Shown: one piece after another, positions 35,360 through 45,974 of the stretch
Numbering within the stretch: the stretch's first letter is position 1
Layout: every line of letters starts with the position of its first letter
IMG/VR virus record: IMGVR_UViG_3300012919_000005
Coordinates: 11,529 to 75,528 of that record
Reading direction: 5' to 3' (one strand)
DNA from: a virus
DNA: 64,000 bases
Notes under the pieces: model-generated
Seen by the model: the letters and a program-made list of their open reading frames with translations, nothing else
Database searches by the model: none
Told to the model about the DNA's origin: nothing
Position numbers and translations under genes: made by a program

Positions 35360-35568
35360 GCAATAATTACAGAGAAAGATTAGTAAAAGCACTCATAAAA
35401 TTTTATGAAGGTGGTATAGAAGCCCACAAAGTAAACATTGAAGTTTTGTTAGGCTCTCATGTGGGACTAGCAGAACACGGAGACATTATCGAAACTCTTG
35501 ACGCAGAAATAGAAAAGCTAGCAGCTCTCGAAGATAAATTAGCATCATTGAAAAAGTATTTTTCATAG
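35356..35568 (+). CDS. Hypothetical protein (VGLAEHGDI motif)
   Basis: Coupled ORF; motif common in marine phages. Confidence 0.55.
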   Translation: MSNNYRERLVKALIKFYEGGIEAHKVNIEVLLGSHVGLAEHGDIIETLDAEIEKLAALEDKLASLKKYFS

Positions 35569-35728
35569 CATGTCTAAAATAGTTCTTGACAAATCTTTCA
35601 AAATTTAATATAATATATTATAAATTTAGGAAAGATATCAATATGAGTGATAGATTTTATTTTCAGATGAAGCAGTCAACGGGTTGGTGCCCTGGCATGC
35701 CAGAATCTTACAAAAACAGGAGAAGAAG

Positions 35729-36086
35729 AATGTCAACTTGGACAGATGAAACAAAACAAGAAGCAGTAGAATTATATACTGCTGAAGAACCAACTCCAGA
35801 AAACAGTATGGAGATTGTTGCTGACATAGCTGAGCAACTTGGACAAACACCTAATGGTGTTAGAATGATATTAACAAAAGCAGGAGTATATGTTAAGAAA
35901 ACTCCAGCCGCTAAATCCTCAGGTGGAAGCACAGGTGGAACTAGAGTATCAAAACAAGACGCTCAAGAGAGCTTAAGTGCAGCAATCAGTGATGCAGGAC
36001 ACGATGTGGACATGGCAATCATTGATAAATTAACAGGTAAAGCAGCGAATTACTTTGCTGACATTATCAATAAACTAAACGCGTAA
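35729..36086 (+). CDS. T5 D3-like DNA-binding protein
   Basis: MSTWTDETKQEAV...IAEQLGQTPNGVRMILTKAGVYVKK...KLTGKAA; AGGAG RBS; promoter at 35586-35614. Confidence 0.7.
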
Positions 36087-36093
36087 GTTTTAT

Positions 36094-36119
36094 ACCCCGA
36101 CTAGTTTCGGGGTATTTTT
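36094..36119 (+). terminator. Rho-independent terminator
   Basis: TACCCCGA-ctagtt-TCGGGGTA-TTTTT. Confidence 0.75.
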
Positions 36120-36183
36120 GTATCTAAAATATTGACCTTCAGTTAAAAAGAAGAAAATTTTCAACTATTAACTAAGGAGCAAT

Positions 36184-36453
36184 ATGAAGAAAAAAGAGTT
36201 CATCGAAAAGATGGACAGAGCAGGCGATGCAATAATTACTTACAGAAGTCAAAATAGTCGTAAACTAAAATATAATGTTTGCACAATGGATTTTGATAAC
36301 AAGTATATTCAGTCTAAAAAGACTAGAGCCAAGGCAGGTCAACATACTGTTTTATGCTTTTGCTGGGATACAGATTCATACAGAATACTTATACCCGACA
36401 ATGTAACTTCTATAGTTCCATTAAATAAGGTGATAAAAAATGAACCTTTATGA
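36184..36453 (+). CDS. Conserved T5-like hypothetical protein (SH3/WYL-like)
   Basis: ITYRSQNSRKLKYNVCT...FCWDTDSYR. Confidence 0.6.
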   Translation: MKKKEFIEKMDRAGDAIITYRSQNSRKLKYNVCTMDFDNKYIQSKKTRAKAGQHTVLCFCWDTDSYRILIPDNVTSIVPLNKVIKNEPL

Positions 36454-36742
36454 AGTACCAGCAACATACGAAAAAGTTATTTCAATCAACGAAGATAACT
36501 CAGAACAAATAAGACTAGTAATAAATAGTTTTAGAGGGAAAGAGTATTTACATCTTCGCAAGTACTACCAAGACTTTGATGAACAATGGAAGCCTAGTAA
36601 GGACGGTATTGCTATGTCTATAGATTTTAATAATACTAGAGAACTCTTCCAAGGATTAGTAGAGATTATTTCTCTCGCTGAAAGCAAAGAGATACTAGAA
36701 AGAGAGTTTAAAGAGTTGATAACAAATACCTATCAATCATAA
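36440..36742 (+). CDS. PC4/p15-like ssDNA-binding or transcription cofactor
   Basis: RLVINSFRGKEYLHLRKYY...WKPSKDGI. Confidence 0.75.
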   Translation: MNLYEVPATYEKVISINEDNSEQIRLVINSFRGKEYLHLRKYYQDFDEQWKPSKDGIAMSIDFNNTRELFQGLVEIISLAESKEILEREFKELITNTYQS

Positions 36743-36788
36743 AAAAATAATTCTTGACAAATCCTCATAATTTTAGTATAATATACAT

Positions 36789-37082
36789 ATGATTATAAAA
36801 GGAAACATGGGCTACGACCAACACGGGCGTAAAAGAAAGAGAAGACCACTTAGCAGGAAACGACCTAAAGCCAAACTTGGCTGGTCGGTAGTAAAGCGAA
36901 AAGAGTATACAGAAAACAAAAAAAGAAATGAAATAAAAAGTGCACCTATAGGAGAGTATAAAGTTCCTAAAGACACTTCTTATAAAAAAGAAATAAGTAA
37001 ACAATACACAGTCTCTATTGCATATAACAAAGGTGCCTACCAAGTTATACCTAATAGTGACATTGAGCATATAGGCAAATGA
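36789..37082 (+). CDS. Hypothetical basic protein (AYNKGAYQV motif), leaderless
   Basis: Promoter TTGACA-17-TATAAT at 36754-36782; ATG 6 nt later. Confidence 0.6.
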   Translation: MIIKGNMGYDQHGRKRKRRPLSRKRPKAKLGWSVVKRKEYTENKKRNEIKSAPIGEYKVPKDTSYKKEISKQYTVSIAYNKGAYQVIPNSDIEHIGK

Positions 37083-38011
37083 TAGACAAATTAGTTAGAA
37101 CAGCAGCGCAAGCATATTATGAAGGCAATCCCATCATGTCAGATGAGATATATGACCACTTATTAGAACTTGCAAGTATCGAAGATGTAGGCTACTCAGC
37201 CAATTCAGAAAAAAGATTTCCACATTTATATCCAATGTTTTCCCTACAAAAAATTTGGGACGCAGAGGATAGACCTATGTGGAAAGAAGCATTTGTTAGT
37301 CCAAAACTAGATGGAGCCGCAGTAAGCATTCTTATTGGTGAAGGTATTTTACAAAAAGTACTAACACGAGGTGACGGTAAAGAAGGACTTGACATCACAC
37401 ATCTTATGAGATATAAACTTCCAACACATTTTCCAAATCAAGGAGTGTATCAGATAACAGGAGAAGTAGTAGCACCTAAAAGTATACCAAATGCAAGAAA
37501 CTATGCTGCAGGAGCGTTGGGGCTAAAAGATGCAGAAGAGTTTAAAACACGAGATGTTAGATTTGTAGCATACGGTATAGAGCCTTCTCCAACAGAAGAT
37601 TATCATAACGATTTAAGATTCATAGAAACATTAGGATTTACAACAGTAAAAAACTTATCTAACCCTGAGAAATATCCACAAGATGGTATGGTTGTTAGAA
37701 TGATGAATAATGCAGACTTTTACGATGCAGGATTTACTAGTCACCACCCAAGAGGAGCATATGCTCTGAAAGAAAGAGAGAAGGGAGTAGTTACAAAACT
37801 ACTTGATGTAGAGTGGCAAGTTGGAAAATCAGGAGCAGTATCTCCAGTTGCAATATTAGAACCTGTTATGATAGAAGACGCAGTAGTTAGTAGAGCAAGT
37901 TTACATAATAAAGGAATCATAGAGGCGCTTGAACTAGAAATAGGTTGTCAAGTAGAAGTAATTAGAGCGGGAAAAATAATCCCACAAATAGTAGGAAGGA
38001 TAGATGTTTAG
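37079..38011 (+). CDS. NAD-dependent DNA ligase, subunit A (adenylation + OB domains)
   Basis: YY..MSDEIYD, PKLDG, TRGDG, DGMV, WQVGKSG, RASLHN, RAGKIIPQI. Confidence 0.9.
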   Translation: MIDKLVRTAAQAYYEGNPIMSDEIYDHLLELASIEDVGYSANSEKRFPHLYPMFSLQKIWDAEDRPMWKEAFVSPKLDGAAVSILIGEGILQKVLTRGDGKEGLDITHLMRYKLPTHFPNQGVYQITGEVVAPKSIPNARNYAAGALGLKDAEEFKTRDVRFVAYGIEPSPTEDYHNDLRFIETLGFTTVKNLSNPEKYPQDGMVVRMMNNADFYDAGFTSHHPRGAYALKEREKGVVTKLLDVEWQVGKSGAVSPVAILEPVMIEDAVVSRASLHNKGIIEALELEIGCQVEVIRAGKIIPQIVGRIDV

Positions 38012-38201
38012 TGTAGAAAAAGATATATTACATGAGTATAGAAAAGGTTCAAGATGGGCACAAGTGTACCAACTGAATAGTGGACACTATCTTGTTAGAA
38101 TGTTTGAAGAACAAGTCTGGCAAGAAGATAGAGTAATAAAAAACAAAACAGAAAGATACGCAGAAGATTGTGCTGAAAATTATGTTGAAGGAATCTTTTA
38201 G
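38004..38201 (+). CDS. Hypothetical protein
   Basis: YAEDCAENYV C-terminal motif; coupled ORF. Confidence 0.55.
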   Translation: MFSVEKDILHEYRKGSRWAQVYQLNSGHYLVRMFEEQVWQEDRVIKNKTERYAEDCAENYVEGIF

Positions 38202-38313
38202 TGGAATTTATTATAGGAGCAGTATGGATTTTATATATGGTAGCAATTCATGTACTAGCAATTGTTGGTAGTGTAGTTGGCTTTATCATATGGGAGCAAG
38301 GTAGGAAATACTA

Positions 38314-38649
38314 ATGAAATCTTTATGGCATGATTATATGACAAAACAAAAATTCACACTTGCAGAAATAGAAAACAGCAAAAGAATATACAAAAGTGCA
38401 ACGCCTAAACAAACCTTAGATTGGTATGTTAAGTGGATAGCTTCTACTATATTGTTATGTGGTATGATGTTTCGGGCAGAAGGATTGTACCCATTAGCTG
38501 ATTTAGTTCTATCTTTTGTAGGAGTTACTCTATGGTTATGGGTAGCACTTATTTGGAGAGACCGAGCATTAATTATACTAAATGCAGTAGCAATGTTAGT
38601 ATTAGGCTCGGGATTACTTAGGTATTTTTCACCGATGCTTCTATCGTGA
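38314..38649 (+). CDS. Membrane hypothetical protein
   Basis: DWYVKW...WRDRALIILN; about three TM helices. Confidence 0.55.
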   Translation: MKSLWHDYMTKQKFTLAEIENSKRIYKSATPKQTLDWYVKWIASTILLCGMMFRAEGLYPLADLVLSFVGVTLWLWVALIWRDRALIILNAVAMLVLGSGLLRYFSPMLLS

Positions 38650-39014
38650 GTAAGGGAGTATATAACCAAACATACTTTAACAACCACCCACTAGAAAAAG
38701 AAAGGGAAGGAGTTTTATATGGCGTGATTTTGGTAAACACAAGAACATGGGAACGCGAATGTATCAAAGTCGGAATTGCTAGTGGGAAAGACTGGCGCCA
38801 TGTAATTAAGCGCAGTCGTGGCTTCAAAGGATATGATTTAAGAATCCAAAGAACTTTCCATGACACGATTTACAATTGCTGGAAGTATGAACAAGAACTT
38901 CATACTAAATATCAGCAAGACAAGTATAGTCCAAAAATTAAGTTTGGAGGACATACGGAGTGTTTCAAAATTTCGTCCTCAATTCTACAGGACTTCCCGA
39001 AAAATAAATCTTGA
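38646..39014 (+). CDS. T5orf172/GIY-YIG-like putative nuclease
   Basis: LYGV...IKVGIA...EQELH...FGGHTECF. Confidence 0.6.
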   Translation: MSKGVYNQTYFNNHPLEKEREGVLYGVILVNTRTWERECIKVGIASGKDWRHVIKRSRGFKGYDLRIQRTFHDTIYNCWKYEQELHTKYQQDKYSPKIKFGGHTECFKISSSILQDFPKNKS

Positions 39015-39062
39015 CAAATGGTCAGAATCTTAGTATAATATATAATATATTTTGAGAAAAGA

Positions 39063-39806
39063 ATGATAGCAATACCAACAGAATGTCCAAGTTGTAAATC
39101 AAGTCTAAAACTTGTTAAGGATATTTTGTATTGCTTAAACGACCATTGTCCTGCTAAGTGGGACAAACGGGTGGAAGGCTTTGCCAAACACCTCAAAATA
39201 AAAGGTCTCGGACCTTCGACCATTCAGAAACTAGAGTTACAGGACTTTCACGACATATACTCTCTTGAAGAGCCAGTGATTTCTGACCTCTTAAATTCTG
39301 AGAGATTGGGTAGTAAACTCTGGAAAGAGATTGCTTTATCCACAGACAAAGGTCTCGAAGAACTCCTCCCAGCATTTGGTATTCCACTTGTTGGCAGGTC
39401 AGTTGCTTCGAAGATATGTTCTAAAATTGAACATATATCTCAAATTAATTGGGATTCCTGTCGTCTTGCAGGTCTAGGTCCGAAGGCTTCTCAAAACTTA
39501 ATAAACTGGATAGAAGATGAGTTTTATCCCTATGAATACGACAAACTTCCTTTCTCTTTCAAGACGAAACAAAAAAGTGTAAAAGAAGAGAGTAAAGGAG
39601 TCGTCTGTATCACAGGAAAGCTTAAAAGTTATCCGAATAAATCAGCTGCTCATGCAGTGCTTGAGAAAGCTGGTTATACAGTAAAAAGTAGTGTGACAAA
39701 CGCCGTTACAATACTTATAAACGAAAGTGGCATTGATAGTTCTAAAACTAATAATGCCAGAGCAAAAGGCGTAAAGATAATAACAAATATAAAGGAAATA
39801 TTATAA
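39063..39806 (+). CDS. NAD-dependent DNA ligase, subunit B (Zn finger, HhH, BRCT)
   Basis: PTECPSC...YCLN..CPA, IKGLG, GIPLVG, BRCT VCITG...SSVT; own promoter at 39011-39039. Confidence 0.88.
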   Translation: MIAIPTECPSCKSSLKLVKDILYCLNDHCPAKWDKRVEGFAKHLKIKGLGPSTIQKLELQDFHDIYSLEEPVISDLLNSERLGSKLWKEIALSTDKGLEELLPAFGIPLVGRSVASKICSKIEHISQINWDSCRLAGLGPKASQNLINWIEDEFYPYEYDKLPFSFKTKQKSVKEESKGVVCITGKLKSYPNKSAAHAVLEKAGYTVKSSVTNAVTILINESGIDSSKTNNARAKGVKIITNIKEIL

Positions 39807-39817
39807 AAGGAATAATT

Positions 39818-40537
39818 ATGGCATTACCAAAGTGGACAGACGAGAGAACCGATCAACTGGTTAACTTTGTCGGTGACGGACCTGTTTCCCAACATCAAGT
39901 AGCTGAAGCTGCTGATATGTTAGAAACTTCAACAAGAAGTGTTTCTAGCAAGTTGAGAAAAATGGGTTATGAAGTTGAATTAGCTTCTTCATCAGCAACT
40001 AAAGCTTTTTCTGATGAACAAGAAGCAACCCTACAAAATTTTGTAGAATCAAACAGCGGAACATATACATACGCTGAAATAGCAGAGTCTTTTGAAAACG
40101 GACATTTTTCTGCTAAATCAATACAAGGAAAAATCCTTTCTATGGAATTAACAGAACATGTTAAACCAGCAGAGAAAGTTGTAACACCTAGAACTTACAA
40201 CGAAGACGAAGAAGCACAGTTTATTCAAATGGTAAACGATGGTGCTTTCGTAGAAGCTATAGCTGAAACTCTTGACAGAAGTGTAAACTCTATCAGAGGT
40301 AAAGCTCTTTCTTTACTTAGAAGTGGCGATATTAACGCTATTCCTAAGCAAGAGTTCACAAAAGGCTCAAACAAAGCTGACCCTTTTGCAGACTTAGATA
40401 TTGCTTCAATGACTGTAGAAGAAATCTCAGAAAACATCGGCAAAACTGTTAGAGGCGTGAAAACAATGCTAACAAGAAGAGGTCTTGCATCAGCAGACTA
40501 CGATGGTTCAGCTAGAAAAGAAAAATCAGTCAGCTAA
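39818..40537 (+). CDS. T5 D5-like DNA-binding protein
   Basis: Repeated HTH units (TRSVSSKLRKMG, VNSIRGKALSL, VRGVKTMLTRRG). Confidence 0.75.
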   Translation: MALPKWTDERTDQLVNFVGDGPVSQHQVAEAADMLETSTRSVSSKLRKMGYEVELASSSATKAFSDEQEATLQNFVESNSGTYTYAEIAESFENGHFSAKSIQGKILSMELTEHVKPAEKVVTPRTYNEDEEAQFIQMVNDGAFVEAIAETLDRSVNSIRGKALSLLRSGDINAIPKQEFTKGSNKADPFADLDIASMTVEEISENIGKTVRGVKTMLTRRGLASADYDGSARKEKSVS

Positions 40538-40580
40538 TTTTATTAGTTTAATTTAAGTGAGTGGGGAGTAATCCTCACTC

Positions 40581-41951
40581 ATGTTTTTTGGGAGAAAAGC
40601 ATTGACACTTGCATCAGCACTGTTGCATCAAATTATATCACAAGAACATATTTCAGTTTGGACAGAACTGAAGGAATCTTATTTACCTCAAGAATATAAA
40701 TCGCTATGGAAAATAGTTAACTCGCATGTCGACAGATATGGGAGACTTCCTTCGTTTGAAGATTTAAAGTTTGAAATTAGGGATTCCAAACTACAGGAAA
40801 TGGTTTTTGCGATAGAATCGATAGAAACAGAAATCGATGCAGACACTCTGCTTGATTACCAAAAGAACGAATACACACAAAATGAGATATTATCTCAGAT
40901 AGATAAGTATGTAGATGAAACGATTGCGTTCTCTACAGCTGAAGAAAATCTCGAAGGACTACAAGAAATAGTTATCGAGGTTTCAGAAAAGGTAGATACT
41001 ACTCCGCCTGAAGAAAACATGTCAAAAATAGAACTGTTTGATGCAGAAGACGAACTTGGCAAGTATGTAACTTTAGGGTTAAATCAGGAGTATGATTTAG
41101 ACTTTTCATTTTCTCCCAAGGACTTAGTGCTAGTGGGAGGACGACGAGGTGCAGGTAAATCTATTACCTGTGCAAACCTGGCTAATAGTATATACGAAAA
41201 AGGAAGGTCTGCTGTTTATTTCACGATTGAGATGGATAGTAGACAAATCCTACAAAGAATCTGTGCTTTAGGAGCAAATGTTCCAGTTAACAGATTAAAA
41301 CAGAAAAACTTATCCCAAGATGAATGGAATAGAGTAGCAAAATGGTGGTGTGATAGATACGAAGATAGTGAAGGTCATTTAGTTGACTTTTATGAACATC
41401 GTAACTTTGATGCCATGCACACTAAACTAGTTAAGGGAAGTTTACGAGAAGATAGGCAAATAGAGATAATCTATGACCCTATACTTACTATTGGAAAAAT
41501 TGACGCAGTTTTAAAAACTAAAATGAATCAATTACCAGATGTTGGAGTAATCATTGTAGATTACCTCAACCAAGTCAAACGCTCGCTAGCACAAGGTCGT
41601 CAGTATGAGTGGACAGAACAGATAGAAGTTAGTAAAGCTTTGAAGTCTATGGCTCAAGAGTATGAAACTATGGTGTTCTCTCCATATCAAACTGATGCAA
41701 CAGGAGAAGCAAGATTTGCAAAAGGTATACTTGATGCTGCTGATGCAGCCTACAGTCTTAACGCATGGAATCAAGAAGATAGTTGTATTACTTTCAGCTG
41801 TCAGAAAATGAGAAGTGCACAAATGAGAGACTTTACTTCTGAAATGGATTGGGAAACATTACGAATTGGACCGCAATCTGTGATGAATCCAGAAGAAAGA
41901 GAAGAAATGAAAGAAAGTATGGCAACAGGAGAATCAGTAAATGAACTTTAA
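40581..41951 (+). CDS. Replicative DnaB-like helicase (T5 D6-like)
   Basis: Walker A GGRRGAGKS, FTIEM, IVDYLNQ. Confidence 0.88.
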   Translation: MFFGRKALTLASALLHQIISQEHISVWTELKESYLPQEYKSLWKIVNSHVDRYGRLPSFEDLKFEIRDSKLQEMVFAIESIETEIDADTLLDYQKNEYTQNEILSQIDKYVDETIAFSTAEENLEGLQEIVIEVSEKVDTTPPEENMSKIELFDAEDELGKYVTLGLNQEYDLDFSFSPKDLVLVGGRRGAGKSITCANLANSIYEKGRSAVYFTIEMDSRQILQRICALGANVPVNRLKQKNLSQDEWNRVAKWWCDRYEDSEGHLVDFYEHRNFDAMHTKLVKGSLREDRQIEIIYDPILTIGKIDAVLKTKMNQLPDVGVIIVDYLNQVKRSLAQGRQYEWTEQIEVSKALKSMAQEYETMVFSPYQTDATGEARFAKGILDAADAAYSLNAWNQEDSCITFSCQKMRSAQMRDFTSEMDWETLRIGPQSVMNPEEREEMKESMATGESVNEL

Positions 41952-42121
41952 AGAATGGGCAAAAGATTGTATCCTTAGAAAATTACTAGGATTACCACTA
42001 AAGTGCCCGCATTGTGATGAAGATTTACCAAAGGAGTTAGAATGGACACAACAACAATAATAATAGTAGCAATGTTTTTGGTTTATATGTATTTCAATGA
42101 TAACGACAGGAATGGATACTC

Positions 42122-42316
42122 ATGAGATTATTAGTAGAAACAGTTGGAGAAGTAAGAGTATTCAAAGATAGGTCACTATTTGGGCTACCTAGATATGTGG
42201 TAGAACATTTTGACCCAGAGTTTGGATTTAGATATACAAAAGTATTATCAGGAATATGGTACAAAAAAGATGATGTAATAGAAATAGCCACAAATATTAA
42301 TGAGGGGTTAGAATGA
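42122..42316 (+). CDS. Hypothetical protein
   Basis: 64-aa ORF in the operon. Confidence 0.45.
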   Translation: MRLLVETVGEVRVFKDRSLFGLPRYVVEHFDPEFGFRYTKVLSGIWYKKDDVIEIATNINEGLE

Positions 42317-42485
42317 TATTATATACAGAAAAACAGTTACAAACAGCTTATATTAAGTATGTAAGAGAACTACATAAATATAATATAAGTAATAAACTTT
42401 ATATAAAGATTCCTACATTGGAAGAGTTTAGACCAATGTATGAAGCAGAGATGGAATTACAAATGGAAGGAGGAGATATACACTA

Positions 42486-43328
42486 ATGGAAGCAGTACAA
42501 TTACTAGATGATAAAGGTGTTGACTATACATTATCGGGGAAAGATGCAGTTATAAAATGCTTGAACCCTGAGCATGATGATAACAACCCTTCTATGAGAG
42601 TAGACAAAGTTACAGGAATGTTTCATTGTTTCTCTTGTGGTTTCAAAGGTAATTTATTTACTTTCTTTGGTGCACCTCAGTCACCTCTTGAAGTAAAAAG
42701 AGCATTGTTAAAAGAGAAAATAGCAGAAAAGAAAGCTTCAAGTGTTGGATTAAAAATGCCAACAGGAGCAATGATGTATAATGGAACACTAAGAAATATT
42801 AGTGCAGAAACATTAAAAATATGGAGTGCTTTTACTTGGGACGATGGAGACAAATTTACAGGTAGAGTTGTCTTTCCTATACGAGATATAACAGGGAAGA
42901 CAGTAGGATTGATTGGAAGATTATTAAAAGATGACCCAACAAGACCTAAGTATCATATCTACCCACCAGGATTAAAATTACCATTATGTCCTGCAAAACC
43001 AAAAATGATACAAAATAGGGTAATATTAGTTGAGGGTATATTTGATGCTCTCAATCTATGGGATAAAGGATTAAAAAATACAGTCTGTTGTTTTGGAACA
43101 CAGTCTGTAGATTGGGTAAAACTATCTATTCTAAAAATGCAAGGCGCAACAGGAATGGATATTATGTTTGACGGAGATGAAGCAGGGCAAACAGCTGCCA
43201 CTAGAGTGCAGTCTATATGTGATGAACTTGGTCTTGCTCATCAAACAATAAAATTAAAACAGGGAAATGACCCTGGCAACTTCACAAAAGAGGGAGTTAC
43301 TAGATTAAAAAGGAGATTATATGGCTAG
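42486..43328 (+). CDS. DNA primase
   Basis: Zn finger CLNPEH...HCFSCG; TOPRIM LVEGIFD and FDGDEAG. Confidence 0.92.
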   Translation: MEAVQLLDDKGVDYTLSGKDAVIKCLNPEHDDNNPSMRVDKVTGMFHCFSCGFKGNLFTFFGAPQSPLEVKRALLKEKIAEKKASSVGLKMPTGAMMYNGTLRNISAETLKIWSAFTWDDGDKFTGRVVFPIRDITGKTVGLIGRLLKDDPTRPKYHIYPPGLKLPLCPAKPKMIQNRVILVEGIFDALNLWDKGLKNTVCCFGTQSVDWVKLSILKMQGATGMDIMFDGDEAGQTAATRVQSICDELGLAHQTIKLKQGNDPGNFTKEGVTRLKRRLYG

Positions 43329-45594
43329 AGTAGCACTAATAGAAAGTAAACCATCAAAGACCGATTTTATTGGACACTTTGATAATTCATTTGAGTTTGA
43401 TAGATATTCTTTAGCCTCTGACCCAAGTTTGAAGAAAGTATTAAAGAGAGATGTTGATATAGAAATAGACATAGATAGTTATGATTGGATAATACTAATC
43501 GGGTCTGAATGTCTAAAGTTTTTTACTAATGTTACATCTATTATGGAGTATAGTGGTAAAGTGGTAGACAAAAAGTTTATCCCTGTCATAAATCCATCAA
43601 TGCTTGCTTTTAAACCAGAAGTTAGAGACTTATGGGAAGACTCTAAAAGTAATATTCAAAAGTATGTATCTGGACAATTAAAAGTTGTGGAGATAGATGA
43701 AAGCATGGCATTTGGTATTACAGATAGTAGAGATTTATATGTATTCTTAGATGATGCATTAAATGATAGTGGAGAGTATATTGCACTCGACTCAGAAACA
43801 ACAGGATTATACCCGCGTGACGGACACATGATTGGAATTAGTTTAAGCTTTGATGGAAAGAAAGGGGCATACATAGATTCCAACTGTATTGATGAAAGAG
43901 CAGAACACTTACTGCAACTACTCTTTGATAAGAAGATAGTAGTATTTCATAATGCAAAGTTTGATGTATCTTGGTTTGAGTATCATTTTAACTTTAAGTT
44001 TCCACGATTTGAAGATACTATGTTACAACACTACTTAATAGATGAAAACCCAGGCACACATGGACTAAAACAATTATCACTAAAACATACTAAGTATGGA
44101 GACTATGAAAAACCAATGTATGATTGGATAGAACAATTTAGAAAATCACATGGTATTCTTAAAGCAGATTTTACTTGGGATATGATTCCGTTTGATGTAA
44201 TGAAAACATATGCTGCAATGGACGCAGTTTGTACCTACATCTTACACGGAAAATTTAAGAAAGCATTAGACACTAATAAGAGACTAACTTGGGTATATGA
44301 AAATATTCTGAAACCTGGCTGTAGATTTCTTATAGATGCAGAAAATAATGGTGTCCCTTTTGATAAAAACAGATTGTATAAATCACAACAACTTATGGGT
44401 GATGTGATAGAAGATGCTGCACATAAACTTGACGAGTATGACGCAGTACAAAAATATAAACAAGTTACAGGAGACTTTAATCCTAACTCAACAAAGCAGT
44501 TGAGAGAGTTATTATTTGACTATATTGGATTACAGCCTACTGGAAAGTTGACAGGAACAGGTGCACATTCTACTGATGCAGAAAGTTTACAAAACTTAGC
44601 AGAAGAGCATGAGGTTCCACAACTCATTCTGAATGTAAGACAGAATGTAAAAATAAAAACAACTTACATTGATAAAATTATACCTGCACTAGATAGAGAT
44701 GGCAGATTAAGAACAAACTTTAATCTTCATGGTACAACATCAGGTCGTCTATCTTCTAGTGGTAAATTGAATATGCAACAACTACCTCGTGATAATCCGA
44801 TAGTAAAAGGTTGTATGAAAGCAAAAGACGGAAATAAGATAGTTGCAATGGACTTAACAACTGCCGAAGTATATTGTGCAGCAGTTCTTGCAAAAGATGA
44901 AAATCTAAAAGATGTCTTTAGAAGTGGAGGAAACTTCCATAGTAATATTGCTAAGTTAGTATTTGGACTACCTTGTGAGGCAGACCAAGTTGCAGAACTC
45001 TATTCAATGGAAAGACAGGCAGCAAAAGCTGTTACTTTTGGTATAATGTATGGGGCTGGCCCACAGAAAATAAGCTGGCAAGTAACAAAAGATAGCGGTA
45101 AAGAGTTTACCGTAAGAGAAGCAAAAGAGGTAATTGATGACTACTTTAAACAGTTTTCGGGGTTACGAAGATGGATTGATACCTCTCAGAACTTTATTCG
45201 TGATAACGGTTTTATCTACAGCCATTTTGGCAGAAAGAGAAGGTTACCGAATGTTGCCAGTAAAGACAAGGGTATTGCCTCACATGAGGTTCGCTCAGGG
45301 TTAAACTTTCTAGTTCAATCCGTAGCCTCCGATGTAAACTTATTAGGAGCGATTGATGCTCATAATGAAGTAAAACAAAAAGAAATCCCTGCAAAAATAT
45401 TTGCACTAGTGCATGACTCAATTTTAGCAGAGGTTCAAGAAGACGCAGTAGATGAATACTGTGAAATATTACAAAGAAATGTTCAAAAGGATAGAGGACT
45501 ATCAATTATAGGTTGCCCTATTGGGTGTGACTTTGATATAGGTAATGACTATTCTTTTGGAAAGTTTAGTAAGAAATATGAGGATTTAGTATGA
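43321..45594 (+). CDS. Family A DNA polymerase with 3'-5' exonuclease
   Basis: ALDSETTGL, FHNAKFD, TTSGRLSS, RQAAKAVTFGIMYG, LVHDS. Confidence 0.95.
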   Translation: MARVALIESKPSKTDFIGHFDNSFEFDRYSLASDPSLKKVLKRDVDIEIDIDSYDWIILIGSECLKFFTNVTSIMEYSGKVVDKKFIPVINPSMLAFKPEVRDLWEDSKSNIQKYVSGQLKVVEIDESMAFGITDSRDLYVFLDDALNDSGEYIALDSETTGLYPRDGHMIGISLSFDGKKGAYIDSNCIDERAEHLLQLLFDKKIVVFHNAKFDVSWFEYHFNFKFPRFEDTMLQHYLIDENPGTHGLKQLSLKHTKYGDYEKPMYDWIEQFRKSHGILKADFTWDMIPFDVMKTYAAMDAVCTYILHGKFKKALDTNKRLTWVYENILKPGCRFLIDAENNGVPFDKNRLYKSQQLMGDVIEDAAHKLDEYDAVQKYKQVTGDFNPNSTKQLRELLFDYIGLQPTGKLTGTGAHSTDAESLQNLAEEHEVPQLILNVRQNVKIKTTYIDKIIPALDRDGRLRTNFNLHGTTSGRLSSSGKLNMQQLPRDNPIVKGCMKAKDGNKIVAMDLTTAEVYCAAVLAKDENLKDVFRSGGNFHSNIAKLVFGLPCEADQVAELYSMERQAAKAVTFGIMYGAGPQKISWQVTKDSGKEFTVREAKEVIDDYFKQFSGLRRWIDTSQNFIRDNGFIYSHFGRKRRLPNVASKDKGIASHEVRSGLNFLVQSVASDVNLLGAIDAHNEVKQKEIPAKIFALVHDSILAEVQEDAVDEYCEILQRNVQKDRGLSIIGCPIGCDFDIGNDYSFGKFSKKYEDLV

Positions 45595-45974
45595 AAAAAT
45601 TAATTTTTTGGATAGTAGATTGCTGGAGACTTGTTATGGATATGAGATATAATCCTCTAAGACATATAAAAGACCCATCAATACAAATGTATTTCTATCT
45701 AGCACTCTTTATTATGTGGAGTGGTTACTTTTCTGTAGTAGCATGGACATGGTTAGCATGGGAAAACTATAGTGTAGTTGTATCAATTATTATACATATG
45801 GCTGTATTAGTTCCCCTATTTATTACTACTCAGATATTTGCAGAAGCAGAAAAGAATGGTTCCAAATGGTATAGACAATACCGAACTGAACAAAGCATTG
45901 AAGCGATGAATCAAAGACTTAAACAAAGAAACTATGAAAAGCGTGTAAAATGGGATATAGATAGAGAAGCATGA
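45591..45974 (+). CDS. Membrane hypothetical protein
   Basis: VMDMRYNPLRHI motif and two TM helices. Confidence 0.6.
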   Translation: MKKLIFWIVDCWRLVMDMRYNPLRHIKDPSIQMYFYLALFIMWSGYFSVVAWTWLAWENYSVVVSIIIHMAVLVPLFITTQIFAEAEKNGSKWYRQYRTEQSIEAMNQRLKQRNYEKRVKWDIDREA

